Origin: Octopus vulgaris
Lineage: Eukaryota
Direction: 5' to 3'
Length of the DNA stretch: 64,000 bases
NCBI GenBank assembly: GCA_951406725.2
Contig: OX597824.1
Location: 19,902,001-19,966,000, forward strand
In this document: positions 27,271-40,313 of the stretch, in pieces
Layout: every line of letters starts with the position of its first letter
Position numbering within the stretch: the stretch's first letter is position 1
Position numbers and translations under genes: made by a program
Notes under the pieces: generated by a model
Databases searched by the model: none
What the model was told of the DNA's origin: nothing
The model's input: only the letters and a program-made list of their open reading frames with translations

Positions 27271-27479
27271 GTATGCTTATAAACCTGACAATGTTTTGGT
27301 GGGATTGTCGGAGCGGTTAGCCAAAACATCTCTGTCCACAAACAAGCTGTCCCGCTACTGGGTGTCCGTCACATGTATGCTTATAAACCTGACATGGTTT
27401 TGGTGGGATTGTCGAAGCGGTTAGCCAAAACATCTCTGTCCACAAACAAGCTGTCCTGCTACTTGGGTGTCCGTCACAT
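27271..27479. repeat. Tandem duplication, 104/105-bp unit x2
   Basis: GTATGCTTATAAACCTGAC…GTCCGTCACAT at 27271-27374 and 27375-27479, with few differences. Confidence 0.95.
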
Positions 27480-27975
27480 GCAATGTGGAGTGCAGAGAGT
27501 AAGATGAGATCATTCGTTGCATCTGTCTCCATCCCGAGTCATCTTGACCTGGTCTTGCTACTGAATTGAAGATGATCGCAGAGAAGAAAGTGTGCAGCTC
27601 TTCTCCTTCATTCTAAAAATGTCTCTGCACAAGCCATTAGCCATCCTCCACCCGGGATGGCTAAAATCGTTCACGTCATTTCCAATGGATTAACATGATC
27701 CAGGACGAGTATTGTAGTTGTACACATCTTAATCTTTTATACAAATGTTACGTCTGTTATGTTCCAGTGTAGTTTTCGAAGCTGTTTATTCTTGTGGTAC
27801 CATAAATATTGATACAGTGATGAGGGGAGGGGGGGGGCTTTTTTTTTAGTTATTCATTGTGTCAGTTGCTACTGCCAGACAACTAGGTTTACTGGGATGC
27901 AAACAAACCAACACTGGTTATTAAAGGCAGGCACACACATATAGATGGATGTTTCTATGTGTGTGTGTGTATGTA

Positions 27976-28112
27976 TTCTTTATTCTTTTATTTGTTTCAG
28001 TCATGTGACTGCAGCCATGCTGGAGCACTGCCTTTAGTTGAGCAAATCGACCCCAGGACTTATTCTTTGTTAACCTAGTACTTGTATTTTATCGGTCACT
28101 CTTGCCGAACCG
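27976..28112 (-). mobile_element. SINE family 1, 3' portion only
   Basis: TTGTTTCAGTCATGTGACTGCAGCCATGCTGGAGCAC…GCCGAACCG. Confidence 0.85.
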
Positions 28113-29569
28113 TGCATATGCACCACGTTTCGGTTGCGTTTTTCTAGTGGTGCTCCCATGTAAATACTGTCTCGGTACTGTTTCAGTGTTGCCGGTCTTG
28201 TGTTAGTCCCTGCACTCTCTTCACATCTCTGTTTTGATGTGCAAGTAAATTTTGGCGGTGAGGGTGGGAGTGGTGCCAGGCGTGGGGAGCGGCGGGGGGA
28301 GAATATGATGTCAGATGGAGAAACCGAGTGAAAGTGGCTAATTGGTAAGGTCACAGGAAGTGACCTTTTTTTTTTTTTCTTTTCACCACCATCACCAGCA
28401 GCAGCAGTAACAATCAGGTCATCAACTTTGTTTTTTTTCCTTTAAATTTGTCATTTTTGATAGTAAGTAAATTTAGTGTTTTCAGTAAGGGTGTTTCCCT
28501 CAATTATGGCCTGCTGTTCAGAAACTGATAAGGGGGATATGCCCCTTCCCCACTACTTCAGAATAATAAAAAATAAAAAAATTTCTTTTTAATATTTTTT
28601 TTTTTTAACAATTTTTTTTTAATTGAAAATATCTCTGATTAGTCATTTTGTTTCCATATAATTTAATTTTATAATTTTTTTATCCCCCCCCCCCCCATAT
28701 TTCTTCTCCTCCTCATTTTTAATTAACTCCCATCATTTTGTTATGGCAACCCTATCAAAGCTTGGCGGTAATTTTTAGGACCATTCCAGGCAGACTTTTT
28801 ACACCCTTACAATCTCACAACGACTACTATGAAAGTCTTTTATAGCTTGACTTAATTGTTTGTTTTCTACAGTCTACTAATGACTTCACTAATTACCCCC
28901 ACCACGACCACCACCACACATAGTCTCTTGCACCATTTACTTTTAGAATAAAAACCTGGAGGAGGAGGAGAACCATAATAATAAGTCGTACCCTCCGCCC
29001 TCTTAATCTTTAGTAGAGATTTTTCCTGTTTTTTTTTTTTTTTTACCATATTTTATTTAATTTAATTTTTTTTTTTTTTTTGTTATCATCTGAACCCCCC
29101 CCCGGAATGTAAAACAAGTCTTTCCATAGTGAGAGGTCTAATGGAATTAATTTTAAATGGATGTCGGAGACAAGTCTATTTAAAAAAATCTCTCTTACAA
29201 TTAACGACTAGTCACTTTTCTAAATGTGAATATAACCCTTCTCTCTATTTCTTTTGGAATCGGATCTTTCTTCGTCTCAGTTGATTGATTGATTTGACTG
29301 ACTGATTGATTGATTGGGTATTTTGTATCTTTGTGATTAGATTTTATTACATCACACACACACATACACACACACTCTCTCTAATAGATGTGTGTAGAGT
29401 TCCAGCTGTTACTAACACCTGTATTGGTACCGTTTTAGCAGTTCAGCTGTTTTTGGTAATGTTTTGGGACACTTACCAATTCGGTACTGTTAATCATCAA
29501 TGTTTATATTTATGTAATCCAGGTGGATTTGTCCAAACGAACCAAAAACAAGTTTATAAAGGATATTGT

Positions 29570-29795
29570 TTTACCTTTTACTTGTTTCAGTTTTTAGACT
29601 GTGGCCATGCTGGGGCACCTCCTTGAAGAATTTTTAGTTGAAGGAATCGGCCCCGGTATTTTTTTTTTTTTTAACCTGGTACTTATTTTGTAAGTCTCTT
29701 TTGCCGAACTGCTAAGTTACGGGGGATGTAAACACACCAACACCGGTTGTCTAATGGTAATGAGGGACAAGCAGACACATACATACGCACACAGA
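29570..29795 (-). mobile_element. SINE family 1, 3' half
   Basis: TTTTACTTGTTTCAGT…GCCATGCTGGGGCACC…GTAAACACACCAACACCGGTTGTC. Confidence 0.8.
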
Positions 29796-30039
29796 CTCTA
29801 TGTGTGTGTGTATGTGTGTGGAGATGTGAAAATAGGGTTGGTAGGATTTGAACTCACTTCATTAAGTTTCACAGCTAAATACTTGCACAGCATTTGTTTC
29901 TGTATATTTTCAAATGGTAGACTTCACAGCTTTTATAATAATCTTCTCTACTCTAGGCACAGGGCCCAAAATTTTTGGGGAAGGGACCAGTCGATTAGAT
30001 CAACTCCTTGGCTTTCATCTGCTCAGTTTCAACAACAAA

Positions 30040-30185
30040 AAGGAACCCCTTAATTTTGGGGGCTTAAAATTTGGAAGAAAGGTTTTGTAAGGGATTATAA
30101 TACTGTCCATGTATAAGAAAATCCCATATTTTTTTAACCTAATTTTTGACAAAAAAGGGTTCCTTGTGCATGTTAAAATATGGTA
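30040..30185. mobile_element. Possible pogo/Tigger-like DNA transposon end
   Basis: Ends …TAAAATATGGTA, resembling AAATACGGTA termini. No second TIR found. Confidence 0.3.
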
Positions 30186-31307
30186 AAGGCCTACACCATC
30201 TCACTGTAATTGCTGGCCTTGTATCAAAGTTGGAATTATTTGGTGTGAAGCGGCGTAAATTTGGAGAGGCAGGAGGTGTAGTCCTTCCTTTATACCAAAC
30301 TGGTAAATGAGGAAACTGAAAGAGGATGATACCCTGAAAGTGGGTGTTGAGTCATCTGAACTTAGTGAACAGCTGGTTAGTTCTATAATGCATCATGGCA
30401 TTGTGGGTGCAGCAATGATATTTCTGTAGGTGTACTTGGGATGGTCCTGTTAGTGGAGTTTTGCACCGACTGCACTCCGAAATAAAGTAGGTTATCGATA
30501 GAACAGCATCTGTGTTTAGGAAGGTTCATTGTGCCAATAATTTAAATAAACACATGCTCTGGTTCAGTAACACTTCGTTCTATTCACCAACTAGCTGTTC
30601 TATGGTTTGTTTAATGTGTTGATGGGACAATCAATCGGTTGTTAGTTGCTCCTGTCGGGGGCCTTTTGTCACTATTTGTGACCACATCAATGATAAACTC
30701 TCACTGATCGGGGTCTGGTTTCAGTCTATCTCTAGATGCAGCAAGATTTGTTTCAATACATGTATCCACATCAAGAATCTTGCAAGCCAAATGCAAAAAA
30801 CCAAGTAATTGTGTTGCCAATAGCTGCGTGCAGTGTTTTGGTATTATTAGTGTCTCTGAGGTACTCTGAGAACAGCAAAATTTGTTTACTTAGGGCTTTC
30901 GTTTGTATCCCCACCCCCCCAAAAAAATGGAATTTGGCTTCATTAACATGATACATGTACACTCATACTAACACTCAATGCAAAGGTGAATATCATGATT
31001 GTTGATATGTAAGGTGCACACCCTCCTCCTCATCTTCCCTACCCCCAGAAATCTCAAGAAACCCCAGGTCCTTCATGCAAAGTTGGCCCTCTCATAATCT
31101 TTAATGCACTAAAAAGCTTTATTCCTGAATATGCAATCCTGGAACCGAGGTGCATCAAATAATCGTGTGCATCTCATATACGGCATCAAATACGGTGCGT
31201 TTGCCAGCCTCTTCGTCTATTTACAACAAAACTTAATTGAATCTGCAAGGGCCTTTATTTGTTCCCCCTCCCTCCCACTTAAGTATGATGGAGAGAATTT
31301 GGAAATC

Positions 31308-31361
<54 letters not shown>

Positions 31362-32387
31362 TTCTTAGGACAGCTTAATTAAGGAGTCCGTCTTCTGCTA
31401 AGTAAGAGGTTGACAGGTACATGAGCTCTTGGAAAATTTTTGCAGATCATTTCTAAGAATCGGTAACTCTGTCATTCTTCACTTTTCTGTCATGTTTTTT
31501 CTTCTTTTTTTCTTCCTCTGCTTCTTCTTGTTCTTGTGTTCATCATCTTACCGACAAACACTCACGCATACAAACCCCATAAACATATACACACACACAC
31601 ACACACACACATATACCAAGACATTCACATACAAACACAAACATACTTGCATGTTCACACACACACGAAGATCTTTCCATTGCCGTCACCCCACCCACCC
31701 ACCCACCCACCTCACCATTCTTGCTATATTCCCTGTTTTCCTTTCACGTTTGCACATCGCCCCCCCCCCCCCGTTCCTTACACCCATCACACCAATAATA
31801 TTTTTCTTGTGAAAGTGGTGATGGCGGTGGTGAGTGGGCGGATGGCGGGGTGTTTTTTTTTTAGAAATATCTTACATGCACACATACACAAAGCACAACA
31901 CCCGCCGCTACCACCACCACCACCACCACGACCATCACCACCACCACCACCTCTACCACTACTACCGACGCCATCTATAGCAATGTCACTTCAAGTTCTA
32001 TCATTTCTAAAATAAAACTGTTTACTTAAAAAATTTTTCAAAAGTGGGTGGAAGGTAAAAATGCCATGCTATTACTTCTTGCTTTGTTGTCAGTCGGAGA
32101 TGGAGATAGAAACGATGATGATGATGATGATGATGGGAACGGCTGGCTGAGAGACGGGGGGAGGAAGGAGAGAACTTTTAAAATCCACCCCACCCACCCT
32201 CTCTTTTTATTTTATTTTACTCCATTTTATTAATTTTTTTATTCATTTTTTTTTGGGGGGGGGGGCTGCAATCTCCCCTCACCCCACCTTCCAGCCTTTT
32301 CCCTTTTTCTTTCCTTTTAAGCCACCCCTACCCCTTGCTCGTCTTTTAACATCTATTTTTATTTCTTTAAACTACACACACATATAT

Positions 32388-32428
<41 letters not shown>

Positions 32429-32792
32429 TTTTTCATTATCTTCAGTTCTTCTGTACTCTTCCTCTCCCCCACCCCTTACTCTCTTTTCCCTTTTATTTTC
32501 ATTCAGGAAAAATATTTACTCCATTACTACTATTATTATTATTATCATTATTATTATTATTCTTTTCCCTCCTGTCTATTTTTACTCATTTTTTAATACT
32601 TTTTAAATATTCTATTTATCTATATATTTAAATTATTTGATATATATGCACACACACACACATGTATGTATATGTATATATATTTGTGTATATATAAACA
32701 CACACACGCACACACTTATACATATATATATATATATATTTCTGTATTCTCTATCTTTACTTTTCATCTTTCCATTTTTGTGTATTGAAGTC

Positions 32793-32833
<41 letters not shown>

Positions 32834-33499
32834 ACCCCCACCCCCTATCCCCAGACATTGTTTGTATCACTTTATCCACCATCCACCTTTTTTTTTTTTT
32901 ATCCCCCACTCACCATTATCTTAAAATTGTGTTCCCTGCTGTTTGTGTGTGTCTGTGTGTCCCTCTAGTTGGCAAGTTGATGTAACTTTAAAAGCCTTCA
33001 CTGTCTCATTTTCTCTCCACAGTGTTTACCAATTCTCCAGACTTTCTCCCTGCATCTGCACCGCCCCCCCCCCCACTCACCTCTGTCCTCCTCCCAAAAT
33101 TCCACTCCCCTCTCTCTCTCTCACTCTCTCTCTCGTTATCCCCCCATCCACCCCATCAACTCACCTGTTCCCTTCTTCATCTCTTTTCCTCCACCCCACC
33201 CCCCACCTTCAATCCTCTGCCCCCCCCCCCCCGACCTCCACACCCTGTCTCACCACCACCACCACCACCACCGCCACACAAACTATTCTGAAATCCAAGG
33301 GATTTATTATACACTTAAAAATTATTCACCCCCTTTTTTTTACCCCCTTTCCTCTCTCTCCTCCTTTCAATTTTTAAAAACTGTTTTAAGGTAACATGGA
33401 CGCACATGCATGCACTTATATCTATACACACATATTCATGCATATATGTATACACACACACATATACACATGCATATATGAATACATACAAACAAGCAA

Positions 33500-34070
33500 A
33501 CATGTATAATGCATATATATGTGTGTGTAATGCATATATATGTATAATGCACACACATATATATATATATAATGCATATATATATGTATATGTGTGTGTA
33601 TAATGCATATATATATGTGTGTGTATAATGCATATGTATATGTGTGTGTATAATGCATATATATTTGTATAATGCATATATATTTGTATAATGCATATAT
33701 ATGTGTAATGCATATATATATGTATAATGCATATATATTTGTATAATGCATATATATATGTATATGTGTGTGTATAATGCATATATATATGTGTGTGTGT
33801 ATAATGCATATGTATATGTGTGTGTATAATGCATATATATTTGTATAATGCATATATATTTGTATAATGCATATATATGTGTAATGCATATATATATGTA
33901 TAATGCATATATATTTGTATAATGCATATATATATATATGTGTGTGTGTGTGTGTATATATGTGTGTGTGTATAATATATATATGTGTGTGTGTGTGTGT
34001 ATAATGCATATATATATATATGTGTGTGTGTGTGTGTATAATGCATATATATATGTGTGTGTATAATACA
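33500..34070. repeat. TAATGCATATAT-based minisatellite with a 176-bp higher-order repeat
   Basis: Monomers of 17-31 bp. An 8-monomer block starting at 33626 recurs at 33802. Confidence 0.9.
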
Positions 34071-34096
34071 TAATACTATAGTAATATAAACTGATG

Positions 34097-34134
<38 letters not shown>

Positions 34135-34434
34135 TCCTCCTAAACTTTGACAATGGTCCGTTTTTCTTTCTTCTCTCTCTGTTAATCTTTATTCCTTCAA
34201 TTTAAGTATTTCCATTTTCTCTCTCTTTTATCTCCTCTAATCTTCTTCCTTTTTACTTTTCACCTTTTTTTTTTTCCCCCCAGTATTTCTTTTTTTGTTA
34301 TATTTAGTTTATGCTTCGTTTTGGTGTCATTCTGTTTTTGTTTTTTTTTTTTTTGTTTTTTTGCTGTTTTTTTATTTTCGTATTTTTTAAAACTATATTT
34401 TATCCCCGGTTACTTTATTTCTGATCAAAGTACA

Positions 34435-34467
<33 letters not shown>

Positions 34468-34928
34468 TCCTCTTCATCCATCTCCCGTGGTCTACCTCAT
34501 TCTGTCATCCACCTTTCTGTCTCACTTTATCTCTTTTTCCCAACTATACTCTCTCTCTTTCTCGCTCTCTCTCTCTCTCTCTCCCTATCTCTTTAATTCT
34601 AATAAAACCTTTAAGTTTGTACATGATGTACACACACATGTATTTGCATGTCTGTATGTATATACACACGTCTATTAGCGTGTATGTGTACATATATATA
34701 CATACATATATATGTGTGTGTGTGTGCGTTTCAGATGTCTTCGTCCCAACCTCCTACCACACCTCCTGTTCTCTCTTTCTCTCCTTCCCTGTCGCCACCC
34801 ACTCCCCCCTGCCTCCACCGCACTCTCTCTTCCCAACCGTTTACTTTATGTAAGACACTAAAGCAAAGAAAAATTGAATATCTGAAGTAAAAGCTAATCT
34901 TTGTAAAATAAGCTTTGTGAAATTGCGA

Positions 34929-34998
<70 letters not shown>

Positions 34999-35059
34999 GT
35001 GTGTGTGTTTATTTGTCGGGGTGTTATTAAAATATATTCATACAAATTAATACATCATA

Positions 35060-35530
35060 AAGCATGTGCTTGTGTGTGTGTGTGTATGTATGTATATATA
35101 TATACATATATTTAATGTGTGTGTGCATATGTATTGATATCTGTATGTTTGTGTATATATGTATTGATGTGTGTGCATGTGTATTAATATCTATGTGTGT
35201 ATGTATATATTTATGTGCGTGTATATATGCATGTATGTGTGTTTGTGTATGTGTAAATATATATATATATATATATATAAGGGTATGTGTGTATATATAT
35301 ATATATATGTATATGTGTGTATATATATGTATGTGTGTATATATATGTATATGTGTATATATGTGTCTATGTATATATGTGTCTATGTATATATATATAT
35401 ATATGTATGTATGTGTGTATATATGTGTCTATGTATGTGTCTGTATCTATATATATATGGGTGTGTATGTGTGTGTATATGTATGTTTGTGTATGTGTGT
35501 GTGTGTGTGCGTGCATGTGTGCATGCATGC
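35060..35530. repeat. Compound TG/TA microsatellite
   Basis: Directly visible. Confidence 0.9.
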
Positions 35531-35837
35531 GCCTACCTGAACCAAAGTACAATTGAAAAGAGTATGCAGTCTTGCCATGCTGCAGTCGGCTCATCAAGCC
35601 CTATCACCTGCAAATATCTTCCATTAGAGACCTGCCAATATTATTGTTCCAAAGTTTCAAACAATGTCACTCACAGACTTCTCTACCTTTCTTTCTCTTT
35701 CGTTTCATTCTTCTTCTTGTTGTTGTTTTGTGTGTGTGTGTGTTTATTAGTGGTGGAGTTGCATTTTCTTTATTTTTATATATTTTAATTGGATAATTAC
35801 TGGGTTTTGAAATTTCGTTTTTATTCTTTTCTTTTCC

Positions 35838-36242
35838 TTACTCTTTACTCTTTTACTTGTTTCAGTCATTTGACTGTGGCCATGCTGGAGCACTGCCTTT
35901 AATCGAGCAACTCGACCCCGGGACTTATTCTTTTTGTAAGCCCAGTACTTATTCTATCGGTCTCTTGCCGAACCGCTAAGTAACGGGGACATAAACACAC
36001 CAGCATCGGTTGTCAAGCAATGCTAGCGGGACAAACACAGACACACAAACAAACACACATACATATATATATATACATATATACGACAGGCTTCTTTCAG
36101 TTTCCGTCTACCAAATCCACTCACAAGGCATTGGTCGGCCTGGGGCTATCGCAGAAGACACTTGCCCAAGATGCCACGCAGTGGGACTGAACCCAGAACC
36201 ATGTGGTTGGTTAGCAAGCTACTTACCACACAGCCACTCCTG
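35838..36242 (-). mobile_element. SINE family 1, full length
   Basis: Near-identical to 12838-13242, including the GGCATTGGTCGG and GGTTAGCAAG variants. Confidence 0.92.
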
Positions 36243-36377
36243 TTTGTTAAACTTGTAAAACTGTGTATGTGTTTGTATTTTCATGTGTGTGTGTGTGTGT
36301 TGTAGAAAAAGATGTGTCTTTTAGTTTTTTGGTTGTCCTGTGCAATTGTAAGAATGAAGGTAAATATTCACATATAT

Positions 36378-36627
36378 AAAAAAAATTTTTTTAAATGGGA
36401 CAAGATCATAACAGGCGACAACAAAACATCTGGACAGTTGGACAATACTAAAATGGACAGGGAAAAACGGACGGGTCATTCGGAGCTTTCTAGCTAAAGT
36501 CGAGTTCCAGATCGTCATCGTAGTTTCGGCTAATTACACTCGAGACTGCTCCAATCTGGCCGGCCCCAAGAAAATCTAAGCTAAGAGCACTAGATTCTTT
36601 GTAAGAAAGTAAGCGAATGACCCGTTC
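36378..36627 (-). mobile_element. TA-associated repeat (same family as 25128-25465) with 5' inverted segment
   Basis: Shares CTTGGGG..GGCC.GAT.GGAGC, AGCCGAAA, GACGATC.GG, CGAATGACCCGTCC and TCTTGTCCCATTT with the 25 kb copy. Confidence 0.7.
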
Positions 36628-36949
36628 TTGATTTAATTAAGGTGTGTTAATTTTATATGAAAATCATCACACACACTCACACACACACACTTTCCTGAAC
36701 TCTATCGTTAGCTTCTTCAGTTTTTATCTACCAAATCCACCCAAAAGGATTTGGTCTACCCTGGATCATAGTTGAAGGCTCTCAACCTTGCTGACATGCT
36801 GCAGGACAGAACCTGGTACTATGTGGTTTGGAGGTGAATTTCTTAACACACACATACCTATATATACATAAAACCACACACACACACACACATACTCATA
36901 CATACATACATACACACACACATACATGCACTAGTCTATATATATATGG

Positions 36950-37272
36950 ACTCCTGAGAGTCCATCCATATAAGATTTTTGTGGGGTCCACTCAACAAAA
37001 TAGTAAATGGGGATCCACTATAGTATTTTAAGGGCCCAGGAAAAAGTTTTGATTTAGATGTTTGTATTGGTATGTATTGCAACAAACACCTAGGTTTCTT
37101 TCCCTAACATTTTACATCCTACATGAGTGAATGTGGGGAAAAATAAAACCAGAATTTAAAAAATATTTATAAAATTAATTTTTAAGCATCAAATTCTGGT
37201 GGGGTTCACCAGAATAAAATAGTAATCAAAGGGGGTCCTTAGATAAAAAAAAAAATGTTTGAGAACCCCCTG
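36950..37272. mobile_element. Probable hAT-type MITE remnant
   Basis: Repeated GGGGTCC subterminal motifs and a right end TTTGAGAACCCCCTG typical of hAT/Charlie-like TIRs. Left TIR not seen. Confidence 0.5.
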
Positions 37273-37785
37273 ACTACATTCCGGAATGTAAAGATGTGAA
37301 CAGTGGGGTTAGCTCAGAGCTTATGATTAAGGGACAGACAGGAGATTGTGGTTTCAATTCCTTGACTAGGTGATACATTGTTTTTGAGCAAAGCACATCC
37401 TTTCACATTACTCCAGGCCATTCCATTGTAGATGAGTAAAGCCTGTGACTGACCAACACCCCCATTCCAAGGGAATTTCCTAATCTCGGTCCATTTTATG
37501 GAAACTGGGTAACCAGTCCGATGAATTTGTGGACTTGGAGCAATAATTTCCTAGACTTGATGACGATGATGGTGAGGTGTGTATGTGTGTGTGGGGGGGG
37601 TTTAGAATGGAATCAGGGAAGGACCTTAATACTTGCTATTCATTAATGGTTGTGAGAATGAAAATTTCCATGAATATGGATAATAATGCGTAATTCTACC
37701 TGGCTGTTTGCAGGGTTTCGTTTTGTTTTTTGTTTTTTTTTTAATATTTTCATATTTTTGAATTTTTTAAATTTTTTCACATTTC

Positions 37786-37823
<38 letters not shown>

Positions 37824-38111
37824 TGTTGTTTATGTGTGAAAATAATAGTATTTGAAATTATGAGAAACATCAAAAAATATTTTTTGATAAATTACTTTTT
37901 AACCTTTAATAATTCCGTTTTTTTTTTTCTTTCTTTTCTTTTCCTCATAAGAGTTAGTGATAATTAATTCATAACTTAGATTATTTGATTTTAATGGAAT
38001 TAATTCAGATTAGCTTGACATATTTAGCATGTTTTCTTAATTGAATAATCAATGCTTTGTTTTTCTCAAACACTTTAGAAAATAGACGGAACAAAGAAAC
38101 CACATATGATG

Positions 38112-38145
<34 letters not shown>

Positions 38146-38170
38146 TAATGATGATGATGATGATGATGAT

Positions 38171-38382
38171 TCCAAATTTTGGCACAACACCGGCAATTTC
38201 AGGGGGAGGAAGTAAGTTGATTATATCAGCCCCCAATGTTTAACTGGTATTTATTTTATCAATCCTGGAAAGATGAAAGGCGAAGTTGACCTCGGCGGAA
38301 TTTGAACTCGGAACATAAAGACAGACAAAATGCCACTAAGCATTTTTGCCCAGCATTCTAACAATTCTGCCAGCTCACCGCC

Positions 38383-38417
<35 letters not shown>

Positions 38418-38625
38418 CCTTTCTGTTATAGGCACAAGGCCTGAAATTTAGAGAAGGGGAATAGTCGGTTTCATTGTCCCCTTTTACTGGTACTTATTTC
38501 ATCGACCCTGAAAGGGTAAAAGGCAAAGTCCACCGCGGTGGGATTTGAACTCAGAACATAGTAGCTGACCAAATACTGCTAATCATTTCTCCTGGCGTGC
38601 TAACCATTCTGCCAGCTTGCTGCCC
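38171..38625 (-). mobile_element. Two head-to-tail family 2 SINEs (tail A) separated by (TAA)n
   Basis: Copies at 38171-38384 and 38417-38625. Further decayed minus-strand copies extend to ~39330. Confidence 0.85.
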
Positions 38626-38631
38626 TTTTTA

Positions 38632-38710
38632 GGGGTACATTGAGGGTGTTACATATAGGGGTATATTGAGGATGTTATGATATAAGGGTTACATAAAGGA
38701 GGATGTAATA
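38632..38710. repeat. Degenerate ~26-bp tandem repeat x3
   Basis: GGGGTACATTGAGGGTGTTACATATA / GGGGTATATTGAGGATGTTATGATATA / AGGGTTACATAAAGGAGGATGTAATA. Confidence 0.7.
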
Positions 38711-40228
38711 ATAATAATGTTTTTATTAACCCCTAAGGGGTCGCACAAACTTTCAGGATGATAGATTGTGGCGTTTTCTAAAGGAGTGCATAATAAACGT
38801 CACGGTTCCTGATTTAGGCACAAGGCTAGTAAGTCAAGGATGGAGAGGTGTGGAATTTAGTTGGTAATTCTGACCACAGTACTTGACCGGTATTTTATAT
38901 TATTGAACCCTGAAGAAATAAAGTGTGAAGTTGACAGTGAGGAATTTGAACTTGGAATGGAAAATACTTCAACAGAGTTTTTTATTCTAGTCCTCAGATA
39001 ATTCTGCCAATCCACCACCTTAATTAATATTAAAAAGAATAAAAATAATAATAATAATGATGATTTCAAATTTTGTTGGCAATGTCAACTTTGGCTGGAT
39101 TTGAACTCTAAACCTAAAGATGAACAAAAGGCCTCCATGCATTTTGTCTGGCATGCTAACAATTCTGCCCGCTCATCGCCGTTATAATAAGAATAATAAT
39201 GATAATAATAGTAATTTTTAGGTACTAGGATAGCAGTTTTATGAGGTGGTGGAAAGTGAATTACATCAACCCCCAGTTTGTGACTGGTATTTTATTAACC
39301 TTAAAAGAATGGAAGGCAGTTTACCTTGACCAGGTTGATAAAATTGATAATTTGATGAAATGAACTACCACTCTAATATTTTGGGCTGTTGATTTAACCA
39401 ACTACATTCATCCATCCCAGAAAATGTGTGTGCACACTTTAGTTAGAAATCCTTAATTATGTTGTTCTTATGCTGATTTCGGTCATTGGACTACAGCCAT
39501 GCTACTATTTCTATTACACACAGGTACACGCACGCATAATGGACACGCTCTCCCATTGAGGATAAGTGACCAGTTGTTTGATCAACTGACCAAGTTACTC
39601 TATCTAACTGGCCGAGTTGTCCATTGTCACAGGTCACCAGCCTCTATATAAACACTCAGTATAACACATTTTGTGACAAGGCTGTATATTTGTCACAGGT
39701 GCAATCCACTTCATGCAGGCTTCTTTACAGACTCCATTTAGCTGTTTCTTTCTTCAGTTTCACTTACAAAGTTTGGATTAGCATGGGCCTGAAGTAAGAC
39801 ATATACCGCACACTGGAATTGAACCTGGGACCTCTTGGTTGTGAATTTAGCAATTTGGACATGTTGTGTCCCATACCATATAAATCTTTCACACACGCTC
39901 TCTTTTTATACACACACAGACATGTATTTCTCTGTGCATGTGTTAGTATTTTGATGAAGTTTTAAAATGCTAAACCAAATTTTCTTTGATGCAAACACTT
40001 CTGTTAAAACCTGGGTCTTTGATCAGGATAAGATTTTTACATTCTGTTTTGGATAATCTTCAGTACATTGACTGAGAATTTTTTTTATTTTGTTCTAAAG
40101 TCTTTGAGAATTTCTTTCATAGAGACTAATATACCATATCCTATACACACACATAGAGCTAGCCAGGCAGCCATCTACATTAACTTTTTATTTTGTTTGA
40201 TATAGACACACACACACAACTAACAGGC

Positions 40229-40274
<46 letters not shown>

Positions 40275-40276
<2 letters not shown>

Positions 40277-40313
40277 CATGCTAGCATGGAAAACGGACGC
40301 TAAATGATGATGA
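40275..40313 (+). mobile_element. Extremely 5'-truncated RTE-type tail
   Basis: CCATGCTAGCATGGAAAACGGACGCTAAATGATGATGAT matches the end of 61660-61703. Confidence 0.75.

Noticed and set aside
37275-37300. miR-1-like GGAATGTAAAGA within the palindrome TACATTCCGGAATGTA
   Set aside because: The 5' base and 3' half differ from miR-1 and there is no pre-miRNA-length hairpin.
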